64,000 nt of DNA from Cyanophora paradoxa CCMP329 (Eukaryota; Plantae; Glaucophyta), in assembly GCA_004431415.1 (NCBI GenBank), contig QPMI01000176.1, positions 1-64,000 on the forward strand, in the 5' to 3' direction. A program made the position numbers and the translations under genes. Shown here in pieces: positions 37,205 to 48,900 of this stretch (positions are counted from its first letter, which is position 1; each line of letters starts with the position of its first letter). The notes under the pieces were generated by a model. That model made no database searches. It was not told where the DNA came from and worked only from the letters and a program-made list of their open reading frames with translations.

Positions 37205-37992
37205 CCGCCGCGCCGCCCGAGGCGCCCGTCTCCGCCCTCCGCCCCCGTGATGCCGTGAGCTTATTATTCTGAGCTATTTCCAAGGACGCTATTTCAGGAA
37301 CCGCCCGCACGGAACTTGGGGAATGTAATTATAACGGGGTGGGTCATGACTCTTGAGACTCGGGGGACGCGGCCGCCGCAGCGCCCGCGCCGCGGGGCGG
37401 AAGCGCATGCAATGTTCCCGGATTCAATAGTTCAACTTTAATTAAGCTTCGAATTCAGTCGAATTTCTAGCGGGGCGAAGCGAGTGATTGGCGCGAAACT
37501 GAGCACGCCTGAAGTGGAGTTCAGACCTAGAGCTGCACAGAGGCTTGCTTTGCGCAGGCAGAAGTTCTGCCAACTTCTCCAGCCCTCGACAGGGCATGCC
37601 GCAGTGCGCAGAAGCCATTCTAATTGATCATGATTCAGAAGAGCTCTCAGAGTCTCTACCTAATGCCGACGTCATGATCATGGATTCGACTTGGCACACG
37701 TTTCGAAAAATTCAGATCTAGATGTGTTCGTTTCGATATTCGATGATTGGCTTCGCTTTTTATTTCTGATACTCTTGCGCATGCCGTGGTGCATCTTTTT
37801 TTTTTTGAGAGACTACGGTGGGGCGAACCCCCCGTAGGTAGTGATATTAAAGACAACAAAGCAATCACAAATCAAAGATACAGTAAACTAGCACAAAATA
37901 TATACAGAATCAAGAGGGAGCACGAGAAGGGACACGATCAGAAGAACGCAAAAGATAAGGAGAACGAGCACGAGGAGAAGGAGTAGAAGAGC

Positions 37993-39412
37993 TCAAGGGC
38001 GTCCGACGGTCGACACAGAAGTACTAGTCACACTAGAACGACGAGGAGCACGGGGACGCAGCAAATAAGGAGAACGAGCACGAGGAACTACAGTCGAAGA
38101 CGAAGATCTAGACGAAGACGACAAGACAGAGCTAACAGCAGAACTAGAAGACGTAGTCGCAGGAGGCAAAGGCGGTAGAACAGTAGGAGAAGCGAAACGG
38201 AGGACACCACTAGAGGGGAAAGTCGAAGCTGGCGGAGTGTCTAAACGGAATCGAGATTGTAGAGTTGGTAAAACAATGGACGGCTGAAGACTAATCTGAG
38301 GAACTGGGGACGACACGAGGAAAGGGGCAGAGCTCGGGTGCAGACTCGGAATCGGCAGTATAAGAGGAGGGGCGAAACGCAAGCCAGTAGTGACAGGGAA
38401 AGCAGACGATGGGGCTGAACCAGGCGGGAGAGGCAAATATAGCGAAGTAGAAGAGAGAGAAGGGTACACACGAGGAACGTCACCATACACAAAATACTCG
38501 CTGCCAAAAACTATACGGTCTGACGGTCGCTGAAGATAAAGAGGCGGAACTGCCTGAGGGCTAACAGTGAGAGATGGAGGAGGAAGAGGCAGAGCTAACG
38601 ACAAAGGGAACGGAATCAAAGGTACAGGGAAGGCATGGAATACACGAGGAACTGGAAGGTGGAGGGGGCCAGTGCTCCTAACTAACATCGATGAAGCATC
38701 TGATGGAGGTGACGGCAAAACAACTGAGGGTAAACTAAGTTGAGGTGAAGCGAAGATTGATACAAGACTATCATGAATCAAAGGGGGCCATGCAGGAACC
38801 GGCGGGCAAGGTGGATCTGGCGGGACAGCCAGAGGGGAAGCCGAAGGTACAGGAGAGGAAAGCCGCAGGCGCCGAGACACATGGACAAGGGACGGATCGG
38901 CATCGGGAGGCAAGGTTGAATTCGACGGAGACCGGGGGCGGCGGATTCGTGAAACGGAAGGTATCAGAGAAGGACTAGGGGGGGGCAGGGAAGTACGGAG
39001 CCGCTGAGCAGGTGGCGACGGTGAGGGTGCAGGGGAGCGAATCCGTCGCAAAGTCGGAACAGGCTGACGGGGCTCGGCATATGTAGCCGCAGCTGCAGGA
39101 GCTGGAGCAAGCACTGGGGGTGCCGGATCCGGAGACTGGAGGCGGGGGCGCTGGGCAGGAGGCACAGGATCTGGAGGATTCTCTGAACTAGAGGGGGTTC
39201 GAGGTCGGCGAACGCCACGGGCGTTAGCAGGATGTTTATCAGCCCGAACATGACGGTCACGATCAGCAGAAGACTGAAAGTTCTTCCCACAAATAGGGCA
39301 TATTAATGTGGAGGCAGAAGCGGCGCTAGCGCTAGCATCGGCAGACGAGCTCAAACGAGAACTCGAGGGAGCCGGGACCGAAGCTGTATCAGCGCTAGCA
39401 GATGGCCTCGCA
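37993..39412 (-). pseudogene. LINE ORF2, displaced C-terminal part with C2H2 zinc finger and Pro/Ser-rich tail
   Basis: Zinc finger CPICGKNFQSSADRDRHVRADKH. The frame joins ..VNPQVQHIA|RPSASADT.. when 39413-51060 is removed. The ORF lacks its own ATG. Confidence 0.8.
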
Positions 39413-39429
39413 CACTGGGAGACACGAGT

Positions 39430-39533
39430 TGTTGTTACCCCGGGGTAAACTTGAACATGTTACCCCGGGGCAAAAGAATGCCGTTTGTATTGCCCCGGGG
39501 CAACAAGTTCAAGTTTACCCCGGGGTAACAACA
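39430..39533. repeat. Subterminal nested palindrome: four TT(A/G)CCCCGGGG(T/C)AA motifs forming a ~100-bp inverted repeat
   Basis: GTTGTTACCCCGGGGTAAACTTGAAC...GTTCAAGTTTACCCCGGGGTAACAAC. Related motifs occur at 50684-50712 and 50966-51036. Confidence 0.9.
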
Positions 39534-39779
39534 TCGTCAGCCAATCAGATTCGTTTGCTCCAGGGCTCTGACTGGTTGTTTTTTTCCCTTTTTTTCCCAA
39601 AATGCGATTGATGTTTTTTTGGGATCTGTCAATCGTGTTCTTCTTATTGAAAAACAAGCCAATCACAGAGCTAGCTAGCCACATACAACTAGCTAACTAG
39701 CCATTCCGCTAGCCATTGTAGCCAAGTACATAGCTAGCTATAGCTAGTAGCTAGTAGCTACTAGCTACTATAGCTAGTA

Positions 39780-40700
39780 GGGGCGCGAGCACCTGTTTCC
39801 GGGCCGATGATGCTTTTGCACGCCCTGCTGGAGACGCCAAAAGCGATGGTCAGCCCCAGAGCAAGGAGCGGAAAGCGGAACCTAACATCTACAGGCCCAG
39901 CCGGCAGCCCCGCTCGCTCGCTCACCTCCGAGCAGCGGGGCCGCCAGCAGACCCCACCACTCGGTCAACTCCGAGCGGCAGGGCCAGCCGAAGTGCGCTA
40001 TCGAAAAGGAGGGGCGCGAGCACCTGTTTCCGGGCCGATGATGCTTTTGCACGCCCTGCTGGAGACGCCAAAAGCGATGGTCAGCCCCAGAGCAAGGAGC
40101 GGAAAGCGGAACCTAACACCTTCAGGCCCAGCCGGCAGCCCCGCTCGCTCGCTCACCTCCGAGCAGCGGGGCCGCCAGCAGACCCCACCACTCGGTCAAC
40201 TCCGAGCGGCAGGGCCAGCCGAAGTGCGCTATCGAAAAGGAGGGGCGCGAGCACCTGTTTCCGGGCCGATGATGCTTTTGCACGCCCTGCTGGAGACGCC
40301 AAAAGCGATGGTCAGCCCCAGAGCAAGGAGCGGAAAGCGGAACCTAACACCTTCAGGCCCAGCCGGCAGCCCCGCTCGCTCGCTCACCTCCGAGCAGCGG
40401 GGCCGCCAGCAGACCCCACCACTCGGTCAACTCCGAGCGGCAGGGCCAGCCGAAGTGCGCTATCGAAAAGGAGGGGCGCGAGCACCTGTTTCCGGGCCGA
40501 TGATGCTTATGCACGCCCTGCTGGAGACGCCAAAAGCGATGGTCAGCCCCAGAGCAAGGAGCGGAAAGCGGAACCTAACATCTACAGGCCCAGCCGGCAG
40601 CCCCGCTCGCTCGCTCACCTCCGAGCACCGGGGCCGCCAGCAGACCCCACCACTCGGTCAACTCCGAGCGGCAGGGCCAGCCGAAGTGCGCTTCCAAAAA
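39780..40700. repeat. Tandem repeat, 231-bp unit x4
   Basis: Unit GGGGCGCGAGCACCTGTTTCC... starts at 39780, 40011, 40242 and 40473; copies are near-identical. Confidence 0.95.
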
Positions 40701-41673
40701 GAAGAGGACTAGTACTGCGAACCTTGACGGCGCAAAGAATCCCTTGACGGCGCGCGAGCATTTCTGCCGCAAGAAGTAAGCAGACGAAAGAAGCAAAACC
40801 AACAGCAAGAGCGGCCGCGGAAGGGCTGGGCTAGGCACGCGCGCGGCCCCTCGCGCGCGCGTTCTGGGCGCGTGCAGCCCCGCAAGGGCTGGGGACGAAT
40901 CCAAGCAAGTTCAAAGATCTGCATGATTTGCATTAGCAAGCTGATGCAGAGCAGCAGACTATCGTGCGACGCGCGCGGCACAACGACCATCGGCAACGTT
41001 AACGCCATCGTCGCACGATAGTTGGCCGCTCGTCGCAACAGTCGGCTCAAAGGCAGTCGTAGATGCGCTGGCGCGTTGAACGCGTGGCGCTGCGCTGAGC
41101 GGCCAGTGCACTGAGAGAAAATTTGAAGTTGTAGGAGAGGAGCCGCAGGCACCACGCCAGCGGAATGCCCACGCACCTCCAGAAAGATCTTGGAACCGAG
41201 GCGTCGCCCCAGAGCGGCCGGTGACTCGCTCTAACATCCCAATGCCGCGGAGCGTGTATCCCTCGGGTCCTCCTCCCCCCCTCCGGCCGAAGCCACGCGT
41301 CGAGCCACTACCAGCTTCGGCATCGAATACCCATGATCTACGGTAGCACAGCTCCGGCCTTGCGCCGCAACAGTCGCTGCAAGGTTCGGGTGCGCCGTCG
41401 GGGCTCTAGCTGCGCGGGCTCTAACGGGCTTCTAACATGCTTCGAACAGGATTGCAAGATGCTGGAAGTGTTAGTGAATGGTCTACGTCCTCGCCTGCGC
41501 ACGATGATGACGCCGCCGCAGCAGCTGCAGACGCTCCAAGCTTCCATCCGACTAGCTGCAGAGGAAGCGCTGCGCAGCTGACGATGGGAGATTGCAGCGC
41601 CGTTCCGAAAGATAGCTGGATTGGTCACGGGCCGCGCTTCCGCTCAGGCAAAGTTCGACGTACGGCCCGTACG

Positions 41674-42840
41674 CCGCGCCCTCGCGGCGGGGGCGGCCGG
41701 GGCGCAGCGGCGGCCCTTCGCTCGCTTGGTCCGCGCTCCTCCGCCCTTCAGCGCCGCGCCTCGCGCGACGGGGCGGGCGCAGGGAGCCCGACTCGCGGCG
41801 CCCTCGCGGCGGGGGCGGCCGGGGCGCAGCGGCGGCCCTTCGCTCGCTTGGTCCGCGCTCCCCCGCCCTTCAGCGCCGCGCCTCGCGCGACGGGGCAGGC
41901 GCAGGGAGCCCGACTCGCGGCGCCCTCGCGGCGGGGGCGGCCGGGGCGCAGTGGTGGCCCTTCGCCTGCTTGGTCCGCGCTCCCCCGCCCTTCAGCGCCG
42001 CGCCTCGCGCGACGGGGCGGGCGCAGGGAGCCCGACTCGCGGCGCCCTCGCGGCGGGGGCGGCCGGGGCGCAGTGGTGGCCCTTCGCCTGCTTGGTCCGC
42101 GCTCCCCCGCCCTTCAGCGCCGCGCCTCGCGCGACGGGGCGGGCGCAGGGAGCCCGACTCGCGGCGCCCTCGCGGCGGGGCGGCCGGGGCGCAGCGGCGG
42201 CCCTTCGTTCGCTTGGTCCGCGCTCCCCCGCCCTTCAGCGCCGCGCCTCGCGCGACGGGGCGGGCGCAGGGAGCCCGACTCGCGGCGCCCTCGCGGCGGG
42301 GGCGGCCGGGGCGCAGCGGCGGCCCTTCGTTCGCTTGGTCCGCGCTCCCCCGCCCTTCAGCGCCGCGCCTCGCGCGACGGGGCGGGCGCAGGGAGCCCGA
42401 CTCGCGGCGCCCTTGCGGCAGGGGCGGCCGGGGCGCAGCGGCGGCCCTTCGCTCGCTTGGTCCGCGCTCCCCCGCCCTTCAGCGCCGCGCCTCGCGCGAC
42501 GGGGCGGGCGCAGAGAGCCCGACTCGCAGCGCCCTCGCGGCGGGGGCGGCCGGGGCGCAGCGGCGGCCCTTCGCCCGCTTGGTCCGCGCTCCCCCGCCCT
42601 TCAGCGCCGCGCCTCGCGCGACGGGGCGGGCGCAGGGAGCCCGACTCGCGGCGCCCTCGCGGCGGGGGCGGCCGGGGCGCAGCGGCGGCCCTTCGCTCGC
42701 TTGGTCCGCGCTCCCCCGCCCTTCAGCGCCGCGCCTCGCGCGACGGGGCAGGCGCAGGGAGCCCGACTCGCGGCGCCCTCGCGGCGGGGGCGGCCGGGGC
42801 GCAGCGGCGGCCCTTCGCCCGCTTGTTCCGCGCCTCCCCG
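41674..42840. repeat. GC-rich tandem repeat, 122-bp unit x ~9.5
   Basis: CCCT(C/T)GCGGC.. at 41679, 41801, 41923, 42045, 42167, 42288, 42410, 42532, 42654 and 42776. Confidence 0.95.
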
Positions 42841-42867
42841 CCCCTCGGCCCGGCGGCACCGCGCATT

Positions 42868-44160
42868 GAATTGTAGCCCCAGCTGGGAAGTACCCGCAAA
42901 GATATGGCTCCTTTTCCAGCAAGCTTGGCTACAACCAGTGTGGGAAACAATGCCGAGCTCTGCCTAGGGCTTTGCAGTCACGATTCTGGGCATATAAAAA
43001 GCTAAGTTAGGTACACAGGACCCCTGCGGCCTTGAGAGCCAGGCCTGAGCTGCTGTAGGGCGGATTTTGGCGTGATCGCGATTGCTCGTGAGCAGCCTTG
43101 CTGGAGCACCTCCAGCAACGTTTCTGGAATCGGTGGCGCTGCATGCTCAGCGAACATGCACAAAAGCTCAAGGCTATTCTCAAAGTCGTAAATCTGTGAA
43201 CACATATGATATAAGGCCTTGTTTTGCTCCTTTCCGTGTGACTGAAGGCACCACGTCACTCATTCAGTAACTCAGGGTATCAACCTGACAGGAGCTTTGA
43301 GCCACTGGAACCGAACTTGACCTGCATCAAGCGAAATGATAAGGGAATGCAAGAGCTGAATTGCAGCCCCAGCTGGGAAGTACCCGCAAAGATATGGCTC
43401 CTTTTCCAGCAAGCTTGGCTACAACCAGTGTGGGAAACAATGCCGAGCTCTGCCTAGGGCTTTGCAGTCACGATTCTGGGCATATAAAAAGCTAAGTTAG
43501 ATACACAGGACCCCTGCGGCCTTGAGAGCCAGGCCTGAGCTGCTGTAGGGCGGATTTTGGCGTGATCGTGATTGCTCGTAAGCAGCCTTGCTCGAGCTCC
43601 TCCAGCAACGTTTCTGGAATCGGTGGCGCTGCATGCTCAGCGAACATGCACAAAAGCTCAAGGCAATTCTCAAAGGCGTAAATCTGTGAACACATATGAT
43701 ATAAGGCCTTGTTTTGCTCCTTTCCGTGTGACTGAAGGCACCACGTCACTCATTCAGTAACTCAGGCCTAGGGTATCAACCTGACAGGAGCTTTGAGCCA
43801 CTGGAACCGAACTTGACCTGCATCAAGCGAAATGATAAGGGAATGCAAGAGCTGAATTGCAGCCCCAGCTGGAAAGTACCCGCAAAGATATGGCTCCTTT
43901 TCCAGCAAGCTTGGCTACAACCAGTGTGGGAAACAATGCCGAGCTCTGCCTAGGGCTTTGCAGTCATGATTCTGGGCATATAAAAAGCTAAGTTAGGTAC
44001 ACAGGACCCCTGCGGCCTTGAGAGCCAGGCCTGAGCTGCTGTAGGGCGGATTTTGGCGTGATCGCGATTGCTCGTAAGCAGCCTTGCTGGAGCTCCTCCA
44101 AAAACGTTTCTGGACTCGGTGGCGCTGCATGCTCAGCAAACATGCACACAAACTCAAGGT
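42868..44160. repeat. Tandem array A, 490-bp unit x ~2.6
   Basis: GAATTG(T/C)AGCCCCAGCTGG at 42868, 43358 and 43854 (spacing 490 and 496). Confidence 0.95.
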
Positions 44161-45780
44161 GATACTCTAAGAGGTAAATTTGGAATCCCGGTTTCATAAT
44201 CAGTTCTCCATGGCCACATCCAGCCTGCCAGAGAGATCTAAAGCAATATTAATATCTTTGCAGCTGCAGGTTGGCCCCAGCTAGCTATAGGGCTGCCGTT
44301 CAGCTCTTGCATTCCCTAGTCATCCCTCTTGATGGCGGACAAGTTAGGTTCCAGTACTAGTGGCCCAACGCTCTTGCAATCAATTGCCAGGCAGACAGCT
44401 GTTTCCGCTGGTTCCAAGAGGGGGGGGGTGGACTGACGGTGGGGTACGAGAAAATAGGCTATACTTCAGGCCATCCAGCTTGCATATGAGCAGCGCTCCA
44501 ACTGGCCAGAAGTGCTTAGCTATCAGCGAGATGCAATCTCACTGCCTGGAGCGCCCAGGAGCGCCCTTTTTCGGGGCAGCACGCAGCTGCAGCGACCGCA
44601 ATTCCGCCATGGCGGAGCTGCTTCATCGCGATCTTCGTGCTCCAGACGGGACGTAGCTAAGCAGGAGCGGTCCGCTCGAGGCTGTCTGTGGTCGGCCAGA
44701 AGGTACTTCCGCGCCTTGCTCTCCGTGGCGCCTCACGACATCATCTCACGGCTCTGCTCGCAGGGGCTCGCACAAGCCTCTCAGATGTTCTCGGCTGGTC
44801 GCGGTTGCGCCGCCGCGACGCGCCGGCCACTCGTGTCGCCGGGCGGGTGCAGGTGCAGTCGGGCCTCAGCGGCATGTCTTGTGTCACCTGCGCTTCGCCA
44901 GTTGTGATGTGTGCGGTCGCAGGACACGATGCGCTCTCGTGGTTCGGGTCACAGCCCCCCAGGAGTCGCCGCGGTGCGGGCGGGACCTTTTGCCTCCTTT
45001 GCTGAGCTCGGTTCTGATGCGTGTGCATGCAGGCATTGCGTGTGCATTGTGTTGCGCTTCGGATCGCGCGTTTCAGACCGAGAACGCCACCGCGTCCCCC
45101 TTCTGGGCCAGCTCTTGGTCCTCTCCGTCGCTCTCCGTGTCTCCCTTGGATAGTGAGTCATCGAGATAGTCATGTATGATAAATCCACGCGTTTTCCCGT
45201 CGCCCCCGCCTCAGTGGTGGGTGCCACTGCTGTGCCACTCTCGCAGAGGCGCCCTGCAGCTGCCCGCCCAGCACGCCCCGCGGCACTGGAGATGAATAAA
45301 GCCGATGTGAATTACATTGAAGCACATCAGAGCACAGTCCAATGTGTCCGCTGAGCGCGGGCAAGGGATCCAAGCCTGATCCCAAGGCCTTGCCACCACC
45401 ACCGCCAGCGACCGAACGCAGCAGGGCACCCTGCACAGCGTGCAAGCAGTGCGCAACAGAGTTAGCCTTGCGTAAGAGCGCAGCTGGCGCGGGCGTTCTG
45501 CCGGGATGCGCACCGGGAGCGACCAGCACCAGGGGCGCAGCGGCCACCAAGCCAGTCCACGCGGCGGAACCTCCCAGTGCGTCCCGCGTAAGCTGTTGAT
45601 ATAAGCAATGTGCGCGTGGGCTGCAAGCGTCGGGCGAGGTCGCGGTTGGTCGCTGGCTGCCGAGCGGGCAAGTGCAGTGGACGGACCCTCATCATCGTGC
45701 GCAGGCGAGGACGTAGACCATTCACGAACACTTCCAGCATCTTGCAATCCTGTTCGAAGCATGTTAGACCCGTGCAGCTA
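44160..45780. repeat. ~1.6-kb block directly duplicated at ~48900-50522; its first part (44277-44735) also occurs inverted at ~46034-46503
   Basis: Near-identical sequence, and paired ORFs in the track (44360/49094; 44512/49246/45978 on minus; 45342/50085). Confidence 0.92.
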
Positions 45781-46627
45781 CAGCGCCCGGGTCGCCACAC
45801 CTTCCAGAGCACGCGAAGATAAATCCCTAAACGGGCCGCCCTGCTGTATCGACACATATGATGACTAAACGGCCCGTTTGTATCTTCGGATACGCCAGCT
45901 GGTCCGCTGGCGGGCTCCTACAGCATTGTATCTTCATCAGCCGCGTGATGCAGTCGGGAGGTACGACCATACAGAGCTCAAAGCAAAGCAGCTGCTACGC
46001 AAGCTCCTGCGCAACAAGGCCCTAAGATGATGGCGTGAGGCGCCACGGAGAGCAAGGCGCGGCGGTACCTTCTGGCCGACCACAGACAGCCTCGAGCGGA
46101 CCGCTCCTGCTTAGCTACGTCCCGTCTGGAGCACGAAGATCGCGATGAAGCAGCTCCGCCATGGCGGAATTGCGGTCGCTGCAGCTGCGTGCTGCCCCGA
46201 AAAAGGGCGCTCCTGGGCGCTCCAGGCAGTGAGATTGCATCTCGCTGATAGCTAAGCACTTCTGACCAGTTGGAGGCTTGGAGCGCTGCTCACATGCAAG
46301 CTGGATGGCCTGAAGTATAGCCTATTTTCTCGTACCCCACCGTCAGTCCACCCCCCCCCTCTTGGAAACAACGGAAACAGCTGTCTGCCTGGCAATTGAT
46401 TGCAAGAGCGTTGGGCCACTAGTACTGGAACCTAACTTGTCCGCCATCAAGAGGGATGACTAGGGAATGCAAGAGCTGAACGGCAGCCCTATAGCTAGCT
46501 GGGAAGAAGAAGAAGAGTATGTATATATAAGACACGTCCAAGCTTAAGCCAGCCGTACGGTTTTGACAAAAGGCGAAGAACCCAAGGGCCCAAGGCACAA
46601 TTGAAAGTGAACCAGCTAGAAAAGGGT

Positions 46628-48900
46628 AGCTGGGAAGTACCCGCAAAGATATGGCTCCTTTTCCGAAGTTCCGATCGCGATCGAGCAAGCTTGGCTACAA
46701 CCAGTGTGGGAAACAATGCCGAGCTCTGCCTAGGGCTTTGCAGTCATGATTCTGGGCATATAAAAAGCTAAGTTAGGTACACAGGACCCCTGCGGCCTTG
46801 AGAGCCAGGCCTGAGCTGCTGTAGGGCGGATTTTGGCGTGATCGCGATTGCTCGTGAGCAGCCTTGCTGGAGCTCCTCCAGCAACGTTTCTGGAATCGGT
46901 GGTGCTGCATGCTCAGCGAACATGCACAAAAGCTCAAGGCAATTCTCAAAGGCGTAAATCTGTGAACACATATGATATAAGGCCTTGTTTTGCTCCTTTC
47001 CGTGTGACTGAAGGCACCACGTCACTCATTCAGTAACTCAGGGTATCAACCTGACAGGAGCTTTGAGCCACTGGAACCGAACTTGACCTGCATCAAGCGA
47101 AATGATAAGGGAATGCAAGAGCTGAATTGCAGCCCCAGCTGGGAAGTACCCGCAAAGATATGGCTCCTTTTCCAGCAAGCTTGGCTACAACCAGTGTGGG
47201 AAACAATGCCGAGCTCTGCCTAGGGCTTTGCAGTCATGATTCTGGGCATATAAAAAGCTAAGTTAGGTACACAGGACCCCTGCGGCCTTGAGAGCCAGGC
47301 CTGAGCTGCTGTAGGGCGGATTTTGGCGTGATCGCGATTGCTCGTGAGCAGCCTTGCTGGAGCTCCTCCAGCAACGTTTCTGGACTCGGTGGCGCTGCAT
47401 GCTCAGCGAACATGCACAAAAGCTCAAGGCAATTCTCAAAGGCGTAAATCTGTGAACACATATGATATAAGGCCTTGTTTTGCTCCTTTCCGTGTGACTG
47501 AAGGCATGCGCACCACGTCACTCATTCAGTAACTCAGGGTATCAACCTGACAGGAGCTTTGAGCCACTGGAACCGAACTTGACCTGCATCAAGCGAAATG
47601 ATAAGGGAATGCAAGAGCTGAATTGCAGCCCCAGCTGGGAAGTACCCGCAAAGATATGGCTCCTTTTCCAGCAAGCTTGGCTACAACCAGTGTGGGAAAC
47701 AATGCCGAGCTCTGCCTAGGGCTTTGCAATCATGATTCTGGGCATATAAAAAGCTAAGTTAGATACACAGGACCCCTGCGGCCTTGAGAGCCAGGCCTGA
47801 GCTGCTGTAGGGCGGATTTTGGCGTGATCGTGATTGCTCGTGAGCAGCCTTGCTGGAGCTCCTCCAGCAACGTTTCTGGACTCGGTGGCGCTGCATGCTC
47901 AGCTAACATGCACAAAAGCTCAAGGCAATTCTCAAAGGCGTAAATCTGTGAACACATATGATATAAGGCCTTGTTTTGCTCCTTTCCGTGTGACTGAAGG
48001 CACCACGTCACTCATTCAGTAACTCAGGGTATCAACCTGACAGGAGCTTTGAGCCACTGGAACCGAACTTGACCTGCATCAAGCGAAATGATAAGGGAAT
48101 GCAAGAGCTGAATTGCAGCCCCAGCTGGGAAGTACCCGCAAAGATATGGCTCCTTTTCCAGCAAGCTTGGCTACAATCAGTGTGGGAAACAATGCCGCGC
48201 TCTGCCTAGGGCTTTGCAGTCATGATTCTGGGCATATAAAAAGCTAAGTTAGGTACACAGGACCCCTGCGGCCTTGAGAGCCAGGCCTGAGCTGCTGTAG
48301 GGCGGATTTTGGCGTGATCGTGATTGCTCGTGAGCAGCCTTGCTGGAGCTCCTCCAGCAACGTTTCTGGAATCGGTGGCGCTGCATGCTCAGCGAACATG
48401 CACAAAAGCTCAAGGCAATTCTCAAAGGCGTAAATCTGTGAACACATATGATATAAGGCCTTGTTTTGCTCCTTTCCGTGTGACTGAAGGCACCACGTCA
48501 CTCATTCAGTAACTCAGGGTATCAACCTGACAGGAGCTTTGAGCCACTGGAACCGAACTTGACCTGCATCAAGCGAAATGATAAGGGAATGCAAGAGCTG
48601 AATTGCAGCCCCAGCTGGGAAGTACCCGCAAAGATATGGCTCCTTTTCCAGCAAGCTTGGCCACAACCAGTGTGGGAAACAATGCCGAGCTCTGCCTAGG
48701 GCTTTGCAGTCACGATTCTGGGCATATAAAAAGCTAAGTTAGGTACACAGGACCCCTGCGGCCTTGAGAGCCAGGCCTGAGCTGCTGTAGGGCGGATTTT
48801 GGCGTGATCGCGATTGCTCGTAAGCAGCCTTGCTGGAGCTCCTCCAGCAACGTTTCTGGACTCGGTGGCGCTGCATGCTCAGCAAACATGCACACAAACT
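46628..48900. repeat. Tandem array B, same 490-bp unit x ~4.6
   Basis: Homologous ORF ends at 46768, 47258, 47754, 48244 and 48734 (spacing 490/496/490/490). Confidence 0.95.

Noticed and set aside
265-37250. Dozens of 300-1000 aa Arg/Pro/Gly/Ala-rich ORFs on both strands
   Set aside because: These are stop-poor shadow frames in very GC-rich DNA that run through introns. Real coding signal switches frame at splice sites.
37993-39354. Independent host C2H2 zinc-finger gene
   Set aside because: It has no ATG or introns, has non-host composition, lies inside the LINE TSDs and is in frame with ORF2.
39780-48900. Regular repeats as a CRISPR-like array
   Set aside because: Units are head-to-tail with no unique spacers, there are no cas genes, and the context is eukaryotic.
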